Part shown: in pieces, positions 13,431 through 25,700 of the stretch
Position numbering within the stretch: the stretch's first letter is position 1
Layout: each line of letters opens with the position of its first letter
Source of the DNA: Azolla caroliniana
Taxonomy: Eukaryota; Plantae; Polypodiophyta
NCBI GenBank assembly: GCA_043228905.1
Contig: JBHGNT010000007.1
Span: 1,860,001-1,924,000 of the forward strand
DNA: 64,000 bases
Direction of reading: 5' to 3'
Notes under the pieces: model-generated
Told to the model about the DNA's origin: nothing
Database searches by the model: none
The model's input: the letters and a program-made list of their open reading frames with translations, nothing else
Program-made: the position numbers and the translations under genes

Positions 13431-15976
13431 GCGTCCACTTCTACTCTTTCTTCTCCTGCCCTTTATCTTTTTTATATATAGATCTCGAATCATATATAGC
13501 GTCTGCTTTTCTCTGCTGTTTTGCTTTTTGCTTTTTGCTTTTTGCTTTTACTTTGCGTGGCTGAGGTCAAGACAAGAGCACACCGAGCGTTGGTTTGTAT
13601 GTACAAATTTTAAGGGGTTAATTTTTCAGTGGAGGTTTCCACGCTACCTTCGGACAACAACCCGCACGCACACCACACACACGATCGGCCGGTTGGCCAT
13701 CACCCGCCTCGTAAAAATCAAGGGGTGGTCTGCGCTTTTCTCTGTTGGTTTGCTTTTTGCTTTTCGTGAGTGAGGTCAAGAGCGCGCACAACTTTTGTTT
13801 GTATGTACACGTGTGGTGGGATCGGAAATTTAGGGTTAGGTTTTCAGTGGAGGTTTCCACGCCACCTTCGGACCGCCCGCACACACACAATCGGCCGACC
13901 GCCTGCACACGCACGTGCACACACACACATACGATCGGTCCACCCACCTCGTAAAAATAAGGGGCAGTTCGCTTGCGACTGAATGCACACTGCCCGCCCA
14001 AGCACTCAGTTGTAAAAAAAGGAGTCGGGGGCTAGGGTGTTAAGGCAAAGGGGAGGGACCATTACATGTGAGCACCTCTTGACCACATACTTTCCATTAC
14101 TGATGCTCGTAAGTAAAGCTTACATTTGAGTGCACTACCTCGCCAAGTATTTGGTCTCCCATACAATAAAAAGAAAAGGTGGGCCTTTTGTTTTCGTTTT
14201 TTTAAAGATGTAAGTAAGGCTATGTCCTGGCTATAGCCAAGTGTTTGCTTGAGAGCCAATACCAGAGGATTGCCATTCTATTTTGGAATTAGAGGGTTTG
14301 ACCAAACTCTTTTATGTATAAAAATCGAGTTTTTGTTTGATATAACGTACACGCCTTCTGAAATCTCCTTCTCTTTACTTACCTTTCAACTATGGCTCTT
14401 GCTTATGGTTGTCCAAAGCTCAAGGGGAACCCATCTTTCTATGTTGAGGTTTTTTGAGTAAAATATAAAGTTATTTCTGTTCCATAGGACGCAGGAAACT
14501 TCGGTGTACATTATATATGGACCCAACAATCATCATGCATATTTTTGTTCAACATAGAAAACAATCTTATAGATCCAAAAGTCAAGCATTGTTAATGCTT
14601 GTTTGACATCCCACTACTTATTGGTAGAGGTTTATGGTTGCTAGTTGGACAACGAATTAGTCTTCACAAAAACAAAAATTTCATACAGGCTTGGGTGACA
14701 AGCAACCATGTTATTCATGCAACTTTATTAGCAAGGTCAATGTTTTGTCATTCTGCCAATATTCTATAATAATACTTATCATAACCCTTGAAAAAATGAT
14801 ATACATAAGATGGAACAACATGGATATTATCAAGTTCGTTTAAACTTTATAACATATATAGAGATACAAATATATTTGAAAGTGACATGGTAAGTTTATC
14901 TATCTCCAATCATAACAATAAATATAATTTGTTGCTCCAATGGTCACTTGCAATTAGATAATTGCCATTTTGTTACATCTTGAAAAAGTCACCAAACTTT
15001 CATTATCAATTTACAATCTTTTGCATTTATGTCTTTCACATTTTGTTGTACATTCAAAATTAAGAAACAAAGAGTATCCTTGTCAACCACATAATGTAAT
15101 TTGTGACCATATGAAATATAATAGGTGCTGAAGAAAACTATGATATTTTCAGAGTAAATGCAAGAGGTCAATACGACACGTTAGATTTGGAAAACACGAC
15201 CAAATTTGATCAAATATTGAACATAGATTTTTGTGAAGCTTTTCCATTTGATTGCGTCAAGCATTTGGCTAACACCTTATGAGTTTTTTTGTGTGTATTC
15301 AACAAGAACCCTAGAAATTGCAAATGATTAGAGCCAATATATTCATAGGAAAGACTTGTAAAGGATGAGTTACAATGTCGCACAAATCGCATAACATGAC
15401 CCCCTTTGTTGATGTGGCATAATAATGACCATCAATTCAAACCTTAAATACATTTGACTCAATAAAAAATGATAGTCAATCTAGCGGGCTACAAAGTAAT
15501 GATGATAGATTAACATATGTGGGAGGCCAGAAAACATGTTCTATGAGACCCCAAAAAGGGTTTTATAAGGCTTCCTCCTCACCTGTTTCTTAGGGTATTG
15601 CCACACATAGTTGATGTAAGTTTTTTAAAGAGATCTCATATTTTTTGTGCCAAACTTGGAGTTTTAAGAGATTGACATGTTGAAATTTGTAGTATCATAC
15701 AAAGTACCCCAATATTAGAAAGAAGTATAATGGCACGACAATTAGTGCTTGTAATTATGAAGGGAAACAACGAGGAAAGAGGAAGAACTACCATGATGTA
15801 TAATGGCTCCTACCATCGCATCATCACAAAAAGGTTAGGTATTGGAAACTTTATAAAAGTAATCAAGAACAATATGAGAGACCAAGAAGGCCAAGGGATG
15901 CTACAAATATTCGAACATGTTGTTATGTGACCCATTTTGTGTTTGTTGAATTGTGTGTGTGTGTGTGTGTGCGTGC

Positions 15977-16016
<40 letters not shown>

Positions 16017-16026
16017 TACAATAATT

Positions 16027-17264
16027 GACATATGTGTTCATTACTTTAAGGAGTTGATTGTCCCACAATTGGTAATGACAAATGAGGCGAGTAGAGCACA
16101 CCATGAGTTTTATGATGTGGTTGGATGTATTGTGCATGACCTCATTAGTCATGAATTGGATGCGGATTTCACTGAGGATGAGGTGGACACGGTTTTAAGG
16201 CATCTTCCTAGTGGTAAGAGCCCTAGTTGGGATGGCTTGACAAATGAAGTTTTTAAGCGATATTTGAACATTTTAAAGGGGGCCTTAACTTTGATGTTTC
16301 AACATTCTTGGGATTATGGTTGTATGCCTCAAGCTTGGAAGGTTGGTCTAATTAAATTAGTTCCAAAGGTGTCCGCATCTCCCAAGTCATTTCATCAATG
16401 GAGACCTATTTCTTTGATGGGGGGTTGTATAAGATATTTACAAAGGTCTTGGCAAATAGATTACAAAAGTATTTTCCAAAGTTGATACATCCTGCCCAAT
16501 ATGGTTTTATTGCAGGTAGGAATATATTGCATAATGTGTTGAATGTTGAAATGGTCATGGATTATGCTTAAAACACTTATCAAGAATTGATTATGGTGCA
16601 ATTAGATTTGGAGAAAGCTTATGATCATGTTAAGTGGTCCTTTATTTCTAGGTTAATGCATACAATGGGTTTTGGACCTCGTATGTCTCGCCTCATATTT
16701 TTATTAGGACAAGATGTGGTGTCTCGAGTAATGCTTAATGGGGGAGTTACATCAGATATTGCCCTCACAAGATCCGTTCGTCAAGGATGCCCTCTTAGCC
16801 CATTGTTGTTTGCTATTGTTACTCATCCCTTGTTAGTGATGCTATCAAGGCTTGCAACAAATGGTGACTTGTGGGTCTACACCTTCCGTCTAGAGGGTAA
16901 CTAGTAGCACAAGCTTTGGGTGAAGATTCTTTCATGTTTCTACAAGTCTCACGAGAGAATCTTGAGAAGGGGATGGTTGTATGGAACCAATTTGCGTTGG
17001 CTTCCGGATTACATATTAATTGGAGGAAGTCTAGTCTCATATCATGTACTAAAAGGGATTCGAAATGTTTAGAATGGCAAGGATCCGTGGTAAAGAAATG
17101 CTCTATTTTTCGACACTTGGGCTATCCATTAGGAATGAATGTTACAAATGGTCAATTGATTGAATGGATGTCTAATAAGTTGAGGGGTAAGTTCATGTAT
17201 TGGAAGTCACAATATTGGCCATTTCATTATGCCTGAAGGTTGTACAATGTATTATGGAACCCAT
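16027..17264 (+). pseudogene. 5'-truncated, frameshifted L1-type LINE ORF2 (reverse transcriptase)
   Basis: KSPSWDGLTNEVF, WKVGLIKLVPK, WRPISL, QLDLEKAYDHV, RQGCPLSPLLF and FRHLGYPLG motifs across three frames. Cut off by an LTR at 17265. Confidence 0.93.
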
Positions 17265-17778
17265 TGTCGAATACTGGTCTATAATGGTCATATTCACATT
17301 GTAACTTGAACAAACTAGATTTAGGACAATTTTGTAAATATGTCAAAGGGTAGTTGCCCTAACCCAGTTAGTATATAATGAGCTTTGTAACCTAGTTTGG
17401 TTGTTGTTGTTGTTGTGAGAGAGCCGTTGCCTCCATTGTATTGTAACTATTATGAACAAATTGTTACATTGTGTGCTTCTTTCTCTCTCTCTGATCTTGC
17501 CTTCGACTTGTGTACTTGGTGATCTTCATATCAGAGTGTTGTTGATGTTTCCGCTCTGACGGCCTCAGTCCCAACATTTGGTATCAGAGTGGAGGTTCTT
17601 CAACTCGCTACCAACCGTCATCAGCCTTCGACAACATTCTTGCTTCGTCTCCCTTGAAGAACTTGGTTCAAGATCTCATCTACCGAAGAGAAAGAAAACT
17701 GAAGATTCGCACTCCACTTCGCTAGATCACTATTAAGGCAAGTTAGTTGGTTGTACCTCGTCTCTATGATTGGAGCCT
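17265..17778 (+). mobile_element. Copia element A: 5' LTR (17265-17576), Met PBS and leader; probably the front of copia H
   Basis: TG...CA LTR with TATA-like gtatataat, followed by TGGTATCAGAG (tRNA-iMet PBS, 17579-17589). Interrupted at 17779. Confidence 0.75.
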
Positions 17779-18199
17779 TGAAAACGTATATGTTTGCGGA
17801 AGCGTTAAAATAGAAACACAGGAAACATAGAGTGAGAGAGAGTACGCGGGAGAGAGAGACAGAGAGAGCAGAACGTTAATTCAAATTTATATGAAATGTT
17901 CTCTGTACATACAATGCGCTTACCAGCGCTATTTATACAAGTCCTCATGGGACTGACAGAAGTACTGTGTACTTCAATGCTCACACAAGCATCTGACACT
18001 TACTACGAGACTATAACTGCCTAGTAGTCTAAACTTAACACTAAGCTGCAGGTTACCAATTGGATCCGGCTAACCGGCTCCCCAACTCACCGGCTCGGTT
18101 GCTTGTCGGCTCGGTTGCTCACCGTCATACCAATCCGTCTTGCTTACCGGCTCAGGCTTATTCAGCCGATCCGGCTCCAGTTGAGCTTGCCGCTCAACA
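17779..18199 (-). repeat. 3' LTR of copia B (421 bp)
   Basis: Minus strand TGTTGAGCGG...GTTTTCA directly after the PPT. Homologous to the solo LTR at 42645-43069. Confidence 0.85.
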
Positions 18200-18253
18200 C
18201 TCCCCCTCAAGCTCAACCTGAGGTAGGATAGTAGTGTCAATGTTTGTGGCAGT

Positions 18254-18545
18254 CGGTTCTACCAACCAACTTCTCTTGGTGTCGCTCCGCCTTGCTCGCG
18301 CTCCTCGTCCGGTCCGGTCCCGTTTGCCGCGACCCCTTTGGTTCTGCGCGCCTCGACCTTCTCAGTCGGCATGTCTGCTCAATAGGCCCATCTCAGTTCC
18401 TTCGGTTCTACCAACCGACTTCTCCTGGTGTCGCTCCGCCTTGCTCGCGCTCCTCGTCCGGTCCGGTCCCGTTTGTCGCGACCCCTTTGGTTCTGCGCGC
18501 CTCGACCTTCTCAGTCGGCATGTCTGCTCAATAAGCCCATCTCAG
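18254..18545. repeat. 149-bp tandem duplication in the copia B 3' region
   Basis: cggttctaccaacc...cccatctcag at 18254 and 18403. Confidence 0.9.
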
Positions 18546-21500
18546 CTCCTTCGTTGCTATGACTCCGGCGCTTGCCAATCCGTTGGTTCCTCCGCGATGG
18601 CATCGACTTTCGCTGCGTTCGTGTCTCCTTGGCCTTCAGTTGATCCGACTCATTCGGATCCGTCTGTTGATCCGAGTCGGCTGTCTCCGACTCGTTCCAG
18701 CTCTTGTCCGAATCGGTATTCTCCGATTCGTCTACCGGTTTTAGACCCTTCACCACATCGGACCACGTTCGGGTCTCGGCCTTGCTTCCATCTTCGGCTT
18801 CTTCAGCCAGTTCACCAAAGTCGAATTCTGTATTTGACTCCGCATCATGGTCACTTCCGTCGTGGTGACCTCCGCATAGCATGCACTTCTCTTCCTGAGT
18901 GCACACTTCCGCCTTGACCTTGCCACCACTGCCGCTCGTTCCGACTTGTTCGGATGTGTCGACTTCCTTCGTCGACTCGACTTCTTTCTTCTTCTTGTCT
19001 CCCCTTCTTCTGGTTCTTCTCTTACCGACGGGTTCAACAGTTTCTTTGCCTTTGCCCGTTTCGGTAGTTTCTTTGCCCCTGTTTCTCCCCCTCAAGTGCG
19101 GCACGTCGAGATGCTGAACACCAAGCATGTCGGTAAAGTGTTGTAACTTGTCCGATCCAGCGGCTTGGTGAAGATGTCGGCAACTTGCCGATCCGTGTGA
19201 ACATACCAAAGTTCAACTTCACTGCTTAGGACCCGCTCACGCACAAAATGATAATGCACTTCTATGTGCTTCGTGCGAGCATGGAACACAGGGTTCTTGG
19301 CGAGCTGCATGCTGTTGATGTTATCACAATAAATCGGGATCGGGGTCGGTACCTCGATCCACAAGTCTCGGAGCAGTCGCCGAAGCCAAATGGCTTCGCA
19401 GGTAGCCACGATCGCGCCCCAGTACTCAGCCTCAGTGCTAGACAGAGCCACTATTGGCTGCTTTTTGCTGCTCCACGCAACAACCGCGTTCCCAAGAGAA
19501 AACATAAATCTGGAAGTCGATCGACGATCTGACGCATCGCCGACCCAGTTGGCATCCGTGTAGCCGACTAGCGCTTCAGTTATACTTCGCCGGTATAACA
19601 GGCCCCGGTCCTTCGTGCCGCTTACATATCGCAATATTCGTTGCGCGCATTGAAGGTGCTCCACAGTCGGCTTCTGCATGAACTGGCTTATCACTCCGAC
19701 CGGATAGCTGATGTCGGGTCAGGTGATGGTCAAATATATAAGGCTTCCAATGATTTGTCGAAACCGTTTCTCATTGCTGGCCAATCCGGAGTTGGGACGG
19801 AGCTTCTGATTCCGGTCTAAGGGTGTGGAGACAGGTCGACATTCTGTCATGCCGAACTTGTACAACATATTCAACGCGTAATGCCGTTGTGAAAGAAATA
19901 TGTTGTTGGGGGTGTGGATCACCTCGATCCCTAGGAAGTAATGAAGGTCCCCCAGATCCTTCATCTCAAATGCGTCCGACAATTGGGACTTGACGCGGTT
20001 TATTTCTGGAACACCTGGTTCGGTGATGACTAGATCATCAACATACAACATTATACATACCAGACCGGCAGAGCCTTGCCGGATGAACAATGAAGAGTCC
20101 GATTTGGAGGCCACAAACCCCATCTTACGCAACTGGTGCGTGATCTTCGCATTCCAAGCTCAAGGGGCTTGCTTCAGGCTGTACAACGACTTCTTCAGCC
20201 GGCATACCGCCAGCTTGTTCATCTCTGATTGAAAGCCGGGAGGCTGAGTCATAAAGACTTCTTCTTCAAGATCAGCTTGAAGAAATGCATTCTTCACATC
20301 CATCTGGTGAAGATGCCACCCCCTTGCCGCAGCAACCGCCAACAACCGCCAACACCACACGAACCGTCGTCATCTTCGCGACAGGAGCGAAGGTCTTGTC
20401 GTAGTCAATTCCGTGGGTCTGCGCGTACCCCTTCACCACTAACCGGGCCTTGTACCGGTTAACTGAACCGTCAGTGTTGTACTTTACCTTGTACACCCAC
20501 TTGCATCTGATCGGTTTACAATGATGGGGAGGGTCAACCAGGTCCCATGTCTCGTTGGCATCCAGTGCCTGCATTTCTTCCTCCATAGCGGCACACCAAT
20601 TTGCATCCTTGGCCGCTTCTGCGTAGCTCTCTGGCTCACGCACTTCCGCCACCTTAGTCATGTATGCATAGTGATGCGCCATGTACTCATTGTACCCGTA
20701 CCGCTTGACGGGATCCTTCTGGCGGGTGGACCGGCGTAACTCATGGTTACCCGGTTTGAGGCCCTTCTTGGCCGGTTCGGTCTTCGTTGCCGAAGATCCG
20801 CCTTTCTCCTTGCCGGAGTCGGATTTCGACATCTTCTTCTTCCGATCAGACTCATCGTTGCCGGTTTCGAATTCTGACATCTTCTTCTTCCCCTTCTCTT
20901 TGCGTGTGAACCGTCTCCTCGGTTCCTTGCGTGGGGAGTGCACGACAGAGTCTCCACTACTCGCTGGTTCCTCATTGGACTGGTCAGATTGACTCAGTCT
21001 CTCGTTCGGCCCACTCAACCGGACCGATTCCGGACTCTCATTCTAAGTCCACGCTTCATCATCCTCTACCTGGGCCGATTCAGGCTCACTAGCCTCATCC
21101 ACCGGCATCGGGTCAGATTCGGAAGTCGGAGTCGGTAAGGAGTACCACGATGCCGATTCATGAAACTCGACATCTCGAGTAACTCAGACCTACTTTGTTC
21201 GGGGGTTATAACACTTATAACCCTTTTGCTCTTGAGCATAGCTGACTAGGATGCATTTTCCGATTTTGCATCCAGCTTCCTCCGCTTCTCATCCGGTACA
21301 TGCACATATGCAATGCTACCAAAGATCTTAAGGTGTCTCAAATTTGGCTTCCGCCCGAAATACAGCTCGTGAGCTGACACCTTGTCACCGATCCGGTTCT
21401 GGATGTAGACAACCGTTCGGACTGCCTCCGCCCAATAGAATTTGAGCATGCTCTTCTCCTCTAGCATTGCCCTTGCCGCATCAATAAGCAACCGGTTCTT

Positions 21501-22045
21501 CCTCTCGGCAACACTGTTCTGTTGTGGTGTGTATCTGCAACTGAACTCTCGCCGAATTCCTGTTTGCTGCAGATAACTGTTGAACTGGCCGGAAAAGTAT
21601 TCTTTCCCGCCATCCGACCGCAGGCATTTGATCTTCCTCTCTGATTCCCGTTCCACCATGCTTTGGAGACTTCGGAAACACTCGAAGACTTCACTCTTCT
21701 GCTCAATGAGGTCGATCCATGTGTGCCGCGTATAGTCGTCGATGAAGGAGACGAAATATCAACTCCGGCCAAGACTAACATTCTGTGCCGGTCCCCACAC
21801 ATCCGAATGGATAAGGTCGAGCTTGTTATGGCTCTGGTTACGTTCGGTGGGGAATGGAAGCCGGTGTTGCTTCCCGAGTTGGCAGGCTTCACATACTTGG
21901 GCCTTCCGGCCGCTGAACTTCAGCAAACCGAAAACAACTTGTTTTGTTTGCAGGTCTTGAAGCCTCTGGTAATTGACGTGGCCTATCTGCTTGTGCCACA
22001 GGTCGATGTCCGATTCAACCTTCTGTCCTTTTGCAAACAGAGCGG
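18511..22045 (-). pseudogene. Copia B pol (integrase, RT, RNase H and a C-terminal extension), frameshifted
   Basis: ORF fragments 21759-22045, 21246-21659, 20272-21018, 19719-20132, 19092-19694 and 18511-19209. Confidence 0.9.
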
Positions 22046-22722
22046 TGTCGTGAAGATTTTCGTCCATAGGCGGAAAACCGAGCGAAGCAAGCAAACCCGC
22101 GATGTGCAACGTTGCACATCAACATGTTGTATTTCTATTTATCGATAGTGATAAGTATGGTGCTAGAAATGCACCTTAGGATTTGTAAAGTGTAAAGGTG
22201 ATGTGCTTTTACGCGCACATCCACGTGAGAGAGAGATAGGTACATAGTAGTTCGTGTAGAGGTGGGAGTTAAGACCCATCCTTCCCACCTCCCCTAAAAT
22301 CGAGGGAAATATCCCCATTGATTGAAAGGGGATATTTTGTAGCACCTTTATGTAACGGTCTTCCCTCCTTGTGCTATAAAAGGAGAGGAAGAGCACCATT
22401 GTGGGGGTTGCCTTATTTTGGAGTGTGAGTGAGGTATACCATTTCGTTTAGGGTTCCTTAGTTAGGGTTTCTTTTCTTCTTCGTCGGATTAGGGTTTCGG
22501 GTTTATCATAGTCGTTCGGTGCGGCCTACGCGGCCGCCATTTTGTAATCGGTTTTCGGTTCTAATATATCTTGTTGAGCATTTGGCCTCCATCTTCCTCT
22601 TGTTCATTCTTTCTCTTCTTGTGCTAAGCTCCATTCCGAAGTCCTATTCCTTCTCCCCTTCTCCTTAGTCCAAGACCCCCGTGGTTCCGCCCTTCTCCAC
22701 GCACGCGCGTAATATCTCGACA
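22046..22722 (+). repeat. Element F LTR 1
   Basis: TGTCGTGAAG...CTCGACA; TATAAAA at 22375; TTAGGGTTT motifs. Confidence 0.95.
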
Positions 22723-22726
22723 TCTT

Positions 22727-22744
22727 TGGTGAACCCGACGTGAA
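22727..22744 (+). promoter_or_regulatory. Primer-binding site complementary to tRNA-Trp (second copy at 27718-27735)
   Basis: TGGTGAACCCGACGTGAA is the reverse complement of TTCACGTCGGGTTCACCA, the plant cytosolic tRNA-Trp 3' end as recalled. It lies 4 nt after the LTR CA. Confidence 0.85.
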
Positions 22745-22764
22745 GGGCGGCAAGGGAGAAAGAG

Positions 22765-25700
22765 ATGGAGGAAGGCTTCGACTTCGAGGAGATGATGACA
22801 AAGATCTTGACGGACGCCGGACGGAAGAGGGCGAGGCGAGAGGCGGCTCAACAAGCGGTCGAAAGGGTGGTCCGTCTAGTCGGCCGGTTCGATGGGAAGG
22901 AGGTCCCAAAATTTTTGAGAGCCTACGATGCGGAAATGACGGGGATGGGCGTGGACGAAGCGACGAGGCTAGAGTTCTTTCGTCGAGCGGCGGCCGCATC
23001 AAAGTACGAGGAGGTCAAGGAGCTCCAAGAAGCTCACGAATCGTGGGAGTCCTTTGAAGGGGCTCTAATGGAGGCATACGGGTGCGCGGAATCGGAGGTA
23101 AGAGGTCGGCGAGAGTTCGATCGGTGGATGGCGTCGGCGAGGCGCCATCGGAGCGCAATAGAGGCATTCCGAGAGTTCGAGCGTCGTTTCTCTCAACTCT
23201 CGGAGTGGGAACGAAGATCGGTGGGGGCGGACAAAGTCCTCCTATTTTTGGAGACGGTCCATCATGAGGAGAGGATGGACATCACGTTCGAGCTTCAAGA
23301 CGATTATGGGGCGCATGGTCTCACCGAGGAGTGGCCCGAAGTGGAATGGGTGTGTCGGCAACATGAAGCGAGGCGGTCGGCCACAACACGGCCCGCGAGC
23401 GGGGGAGAAGAGAGAGCGACGACCAATTACGCCATGCCGCCGGACGAGAGCTCGTCGCGAACCGGTTTGGAGGGGCTCGACCTACAAGCGCTAATACGGG
23501 AGGCGTGCGGGCTCGTAATGGCGAAAATCGAAGCCGAAGAATGGCTTATTGCGGGGTCGGGCCCGAGCGGATCGGAGGACGCGGAGGAAGGAGCTTCCTC
23601 ACACATGGAGGACGGGGCCTATGCGGAGGCCGAAAGAGAATGGTACATCGGTACCACGGGAGAGGGTGCGGAGCGAGCCGCCCTCTCGACATGGGGGAAA
23701 AGAACGACCGAGGACGAGGTCGGGGACGGTGAGGCGGCGATCGCCGATTCGAGCGGACATGGCGGATTCGGGACATGGTGGCCCGAATCATCGAGTACGG
23801 AGGAGACAAGCGGCGGTACCGCAACCTTCCACGCACCGGTTCAAGAGACCCCGGCGGCCGGCCCGAGCGCCCGCGTGAGACCGAGGGAAAAGAACGGTGG
23901 CAGCGGCAAGGCGGGCAACCGAGACAACGGTAAGGAGACCGCGGAAGAGGCGGCGGCAAGCATAACCGATGCTTGCATATACGGAGGCGGGGCAGCCACG
24001 GACAACGACGTCCGAACGGAGGTGGCTACGGACATTACATCGACGAGCGGCGGTCCCGCGACCTTACACGCGTCATTCCTAGAGATCACGGCGGCCGGGC
24101 CGAGTGCCCGCGTAAGACCTATGGTGGAAGGCGGTGGCGGTGGCAAGGCGGGCGACCACGGCGTCGACACGAAAGAAGGTGCGGAGCAAGCGACCGTCTC
24201 ATCTCGAGGAAAAAGAACGGCCATGGACGAGGCCGGTATCTACGGAGCGATGGACGCCACTTCGAGAGTGGGCGGAAGTTTCGGGACGCGGTTGCCCGAA
24301 ACGTTCTACGAGGATTTCGCGAGCATACTCGAGGCTTGCGAAATGGAGGAGGAAGACGAAACGAGCGATGGTGTCACGACCTTCCACACACCGGCCCTAG
24401 AGGCTTCGGCGGTCGGCCCGAGTGCCGGCACGAGACCTAGAGCTACGGACGGTGGCGGCGGCAAGGCGGGCAACCGAAATGAGGACGAGACCGGCGAAGA
24501 AGAGGCGGCGGCAAGCATACTCGATGCTTGCGAAACCGAAGACGGGGTAGCCACGGACGACGATGTCCGAATGGAGGTGGCTACGGACGAGAGGAGTGGT
24601 GGTGTCGCGACCTTCCACACACCGGTCCTAGAGACTCCGGCACCCGGCCCGAGAGCCGGCGAGAGGCCTAGAGTGACGGACGGTGGCGGCGGCAAGGCGG
24701 GCAACCGAAACGACGACGACATCGGAGAGGGTGCGGAGCGAGCAACCCTCTCGTCTTGCGGCGAATGGACGGCCAAGGATGAGGCCGGTGACTACAAAGC
24801 GGAGAGCGCCACTTCGAAAGTGGGCGGAAGATTCGGGGCACGGCGGCCCAAAACATCGAGCGGAGAGGAGGCGAGCGGTGGTGCCGCGACCTTCCACACA
24901 CCGGCCCTAGAGGCTTCGGTGGTCGGCCCGAGTGCCGGCACGAGACCTAGAACGACGGGCGGTGGCGGCGGCAAGGCGGGCAAACAAAATGATGCGGAGA
25001 ACGGCGAAGAAGAGGTGGTGGCAAGCATACTAGAGGCTTACGGAATCGGAGATGGGGGAGCCGCGGACAACGACGTCCGAACGAAAGCGGCTACGGAGAC
25101 AACAAGCGGCGGTGCCGGGTCCTTACCCACACCAATCCTAGAGGCTCCAATGGCCGGCCCGAGTGCCGGCATGAGGCTTAGTGCGATGGGAGGTGACGGC
25201 GGCAAGGCGGGCAACGGAAACGAGAAGGAAGATTGGAGCGGACGGAGGCAAGACCCCTTGACACCGGGGCCGGAGACTTCGGCGGTTGTGCTCGAATGCC
25301 AACGTGAGACCGGAGAGATGGGCGGTGATCGTGAGGAGGTGAGGCCCGGAGAGAGCGCATACGAAGACGAGTGTGCGGGGCCCAGAATGGGCGTATACGG
25401 TGGGTCCGACGGAGAGGACCGGAGCGGAAACGAGGAGAGAGTCGGGAACCGACCCGACCGGAATACGGCACGGAAGAAGAAGAGAGTAAGGGCCGGCGAA
25501 CCGGGCCCAAACCGAAGGAAGCCGGCGAGACCGATTGGCCGGTTACGGTTACGGTTACGGTTACGATGGGAGCCGGTAAACGCGAGATGGAGGCTAACCG
25601 GGCACGACGACCATGGTTCGGGGGAAAAACGGAAAGAAACGAGACCCCCCATACCCACTCTAGAGACTACGGCGGTTGCGGATCAACATAAGACCGGAGA

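Noticed and set aside
14400-15500. Possible degenerate transposase fragments
   Set aside because: Only short ORFs without convincing motifs.
21759-22109. ORFs crossing element F boundaries (also 32647-33711) as novel fusions
   Set aside because: They are incidental read-through between copia B and the F LTR at the insertion junctions.
22448-22504. Interstitial telomere
   Set aside because: These are isolated TTAGGGTT motifs, not tandem TTTAGGG arrays, so they were treated as telo-boxes.
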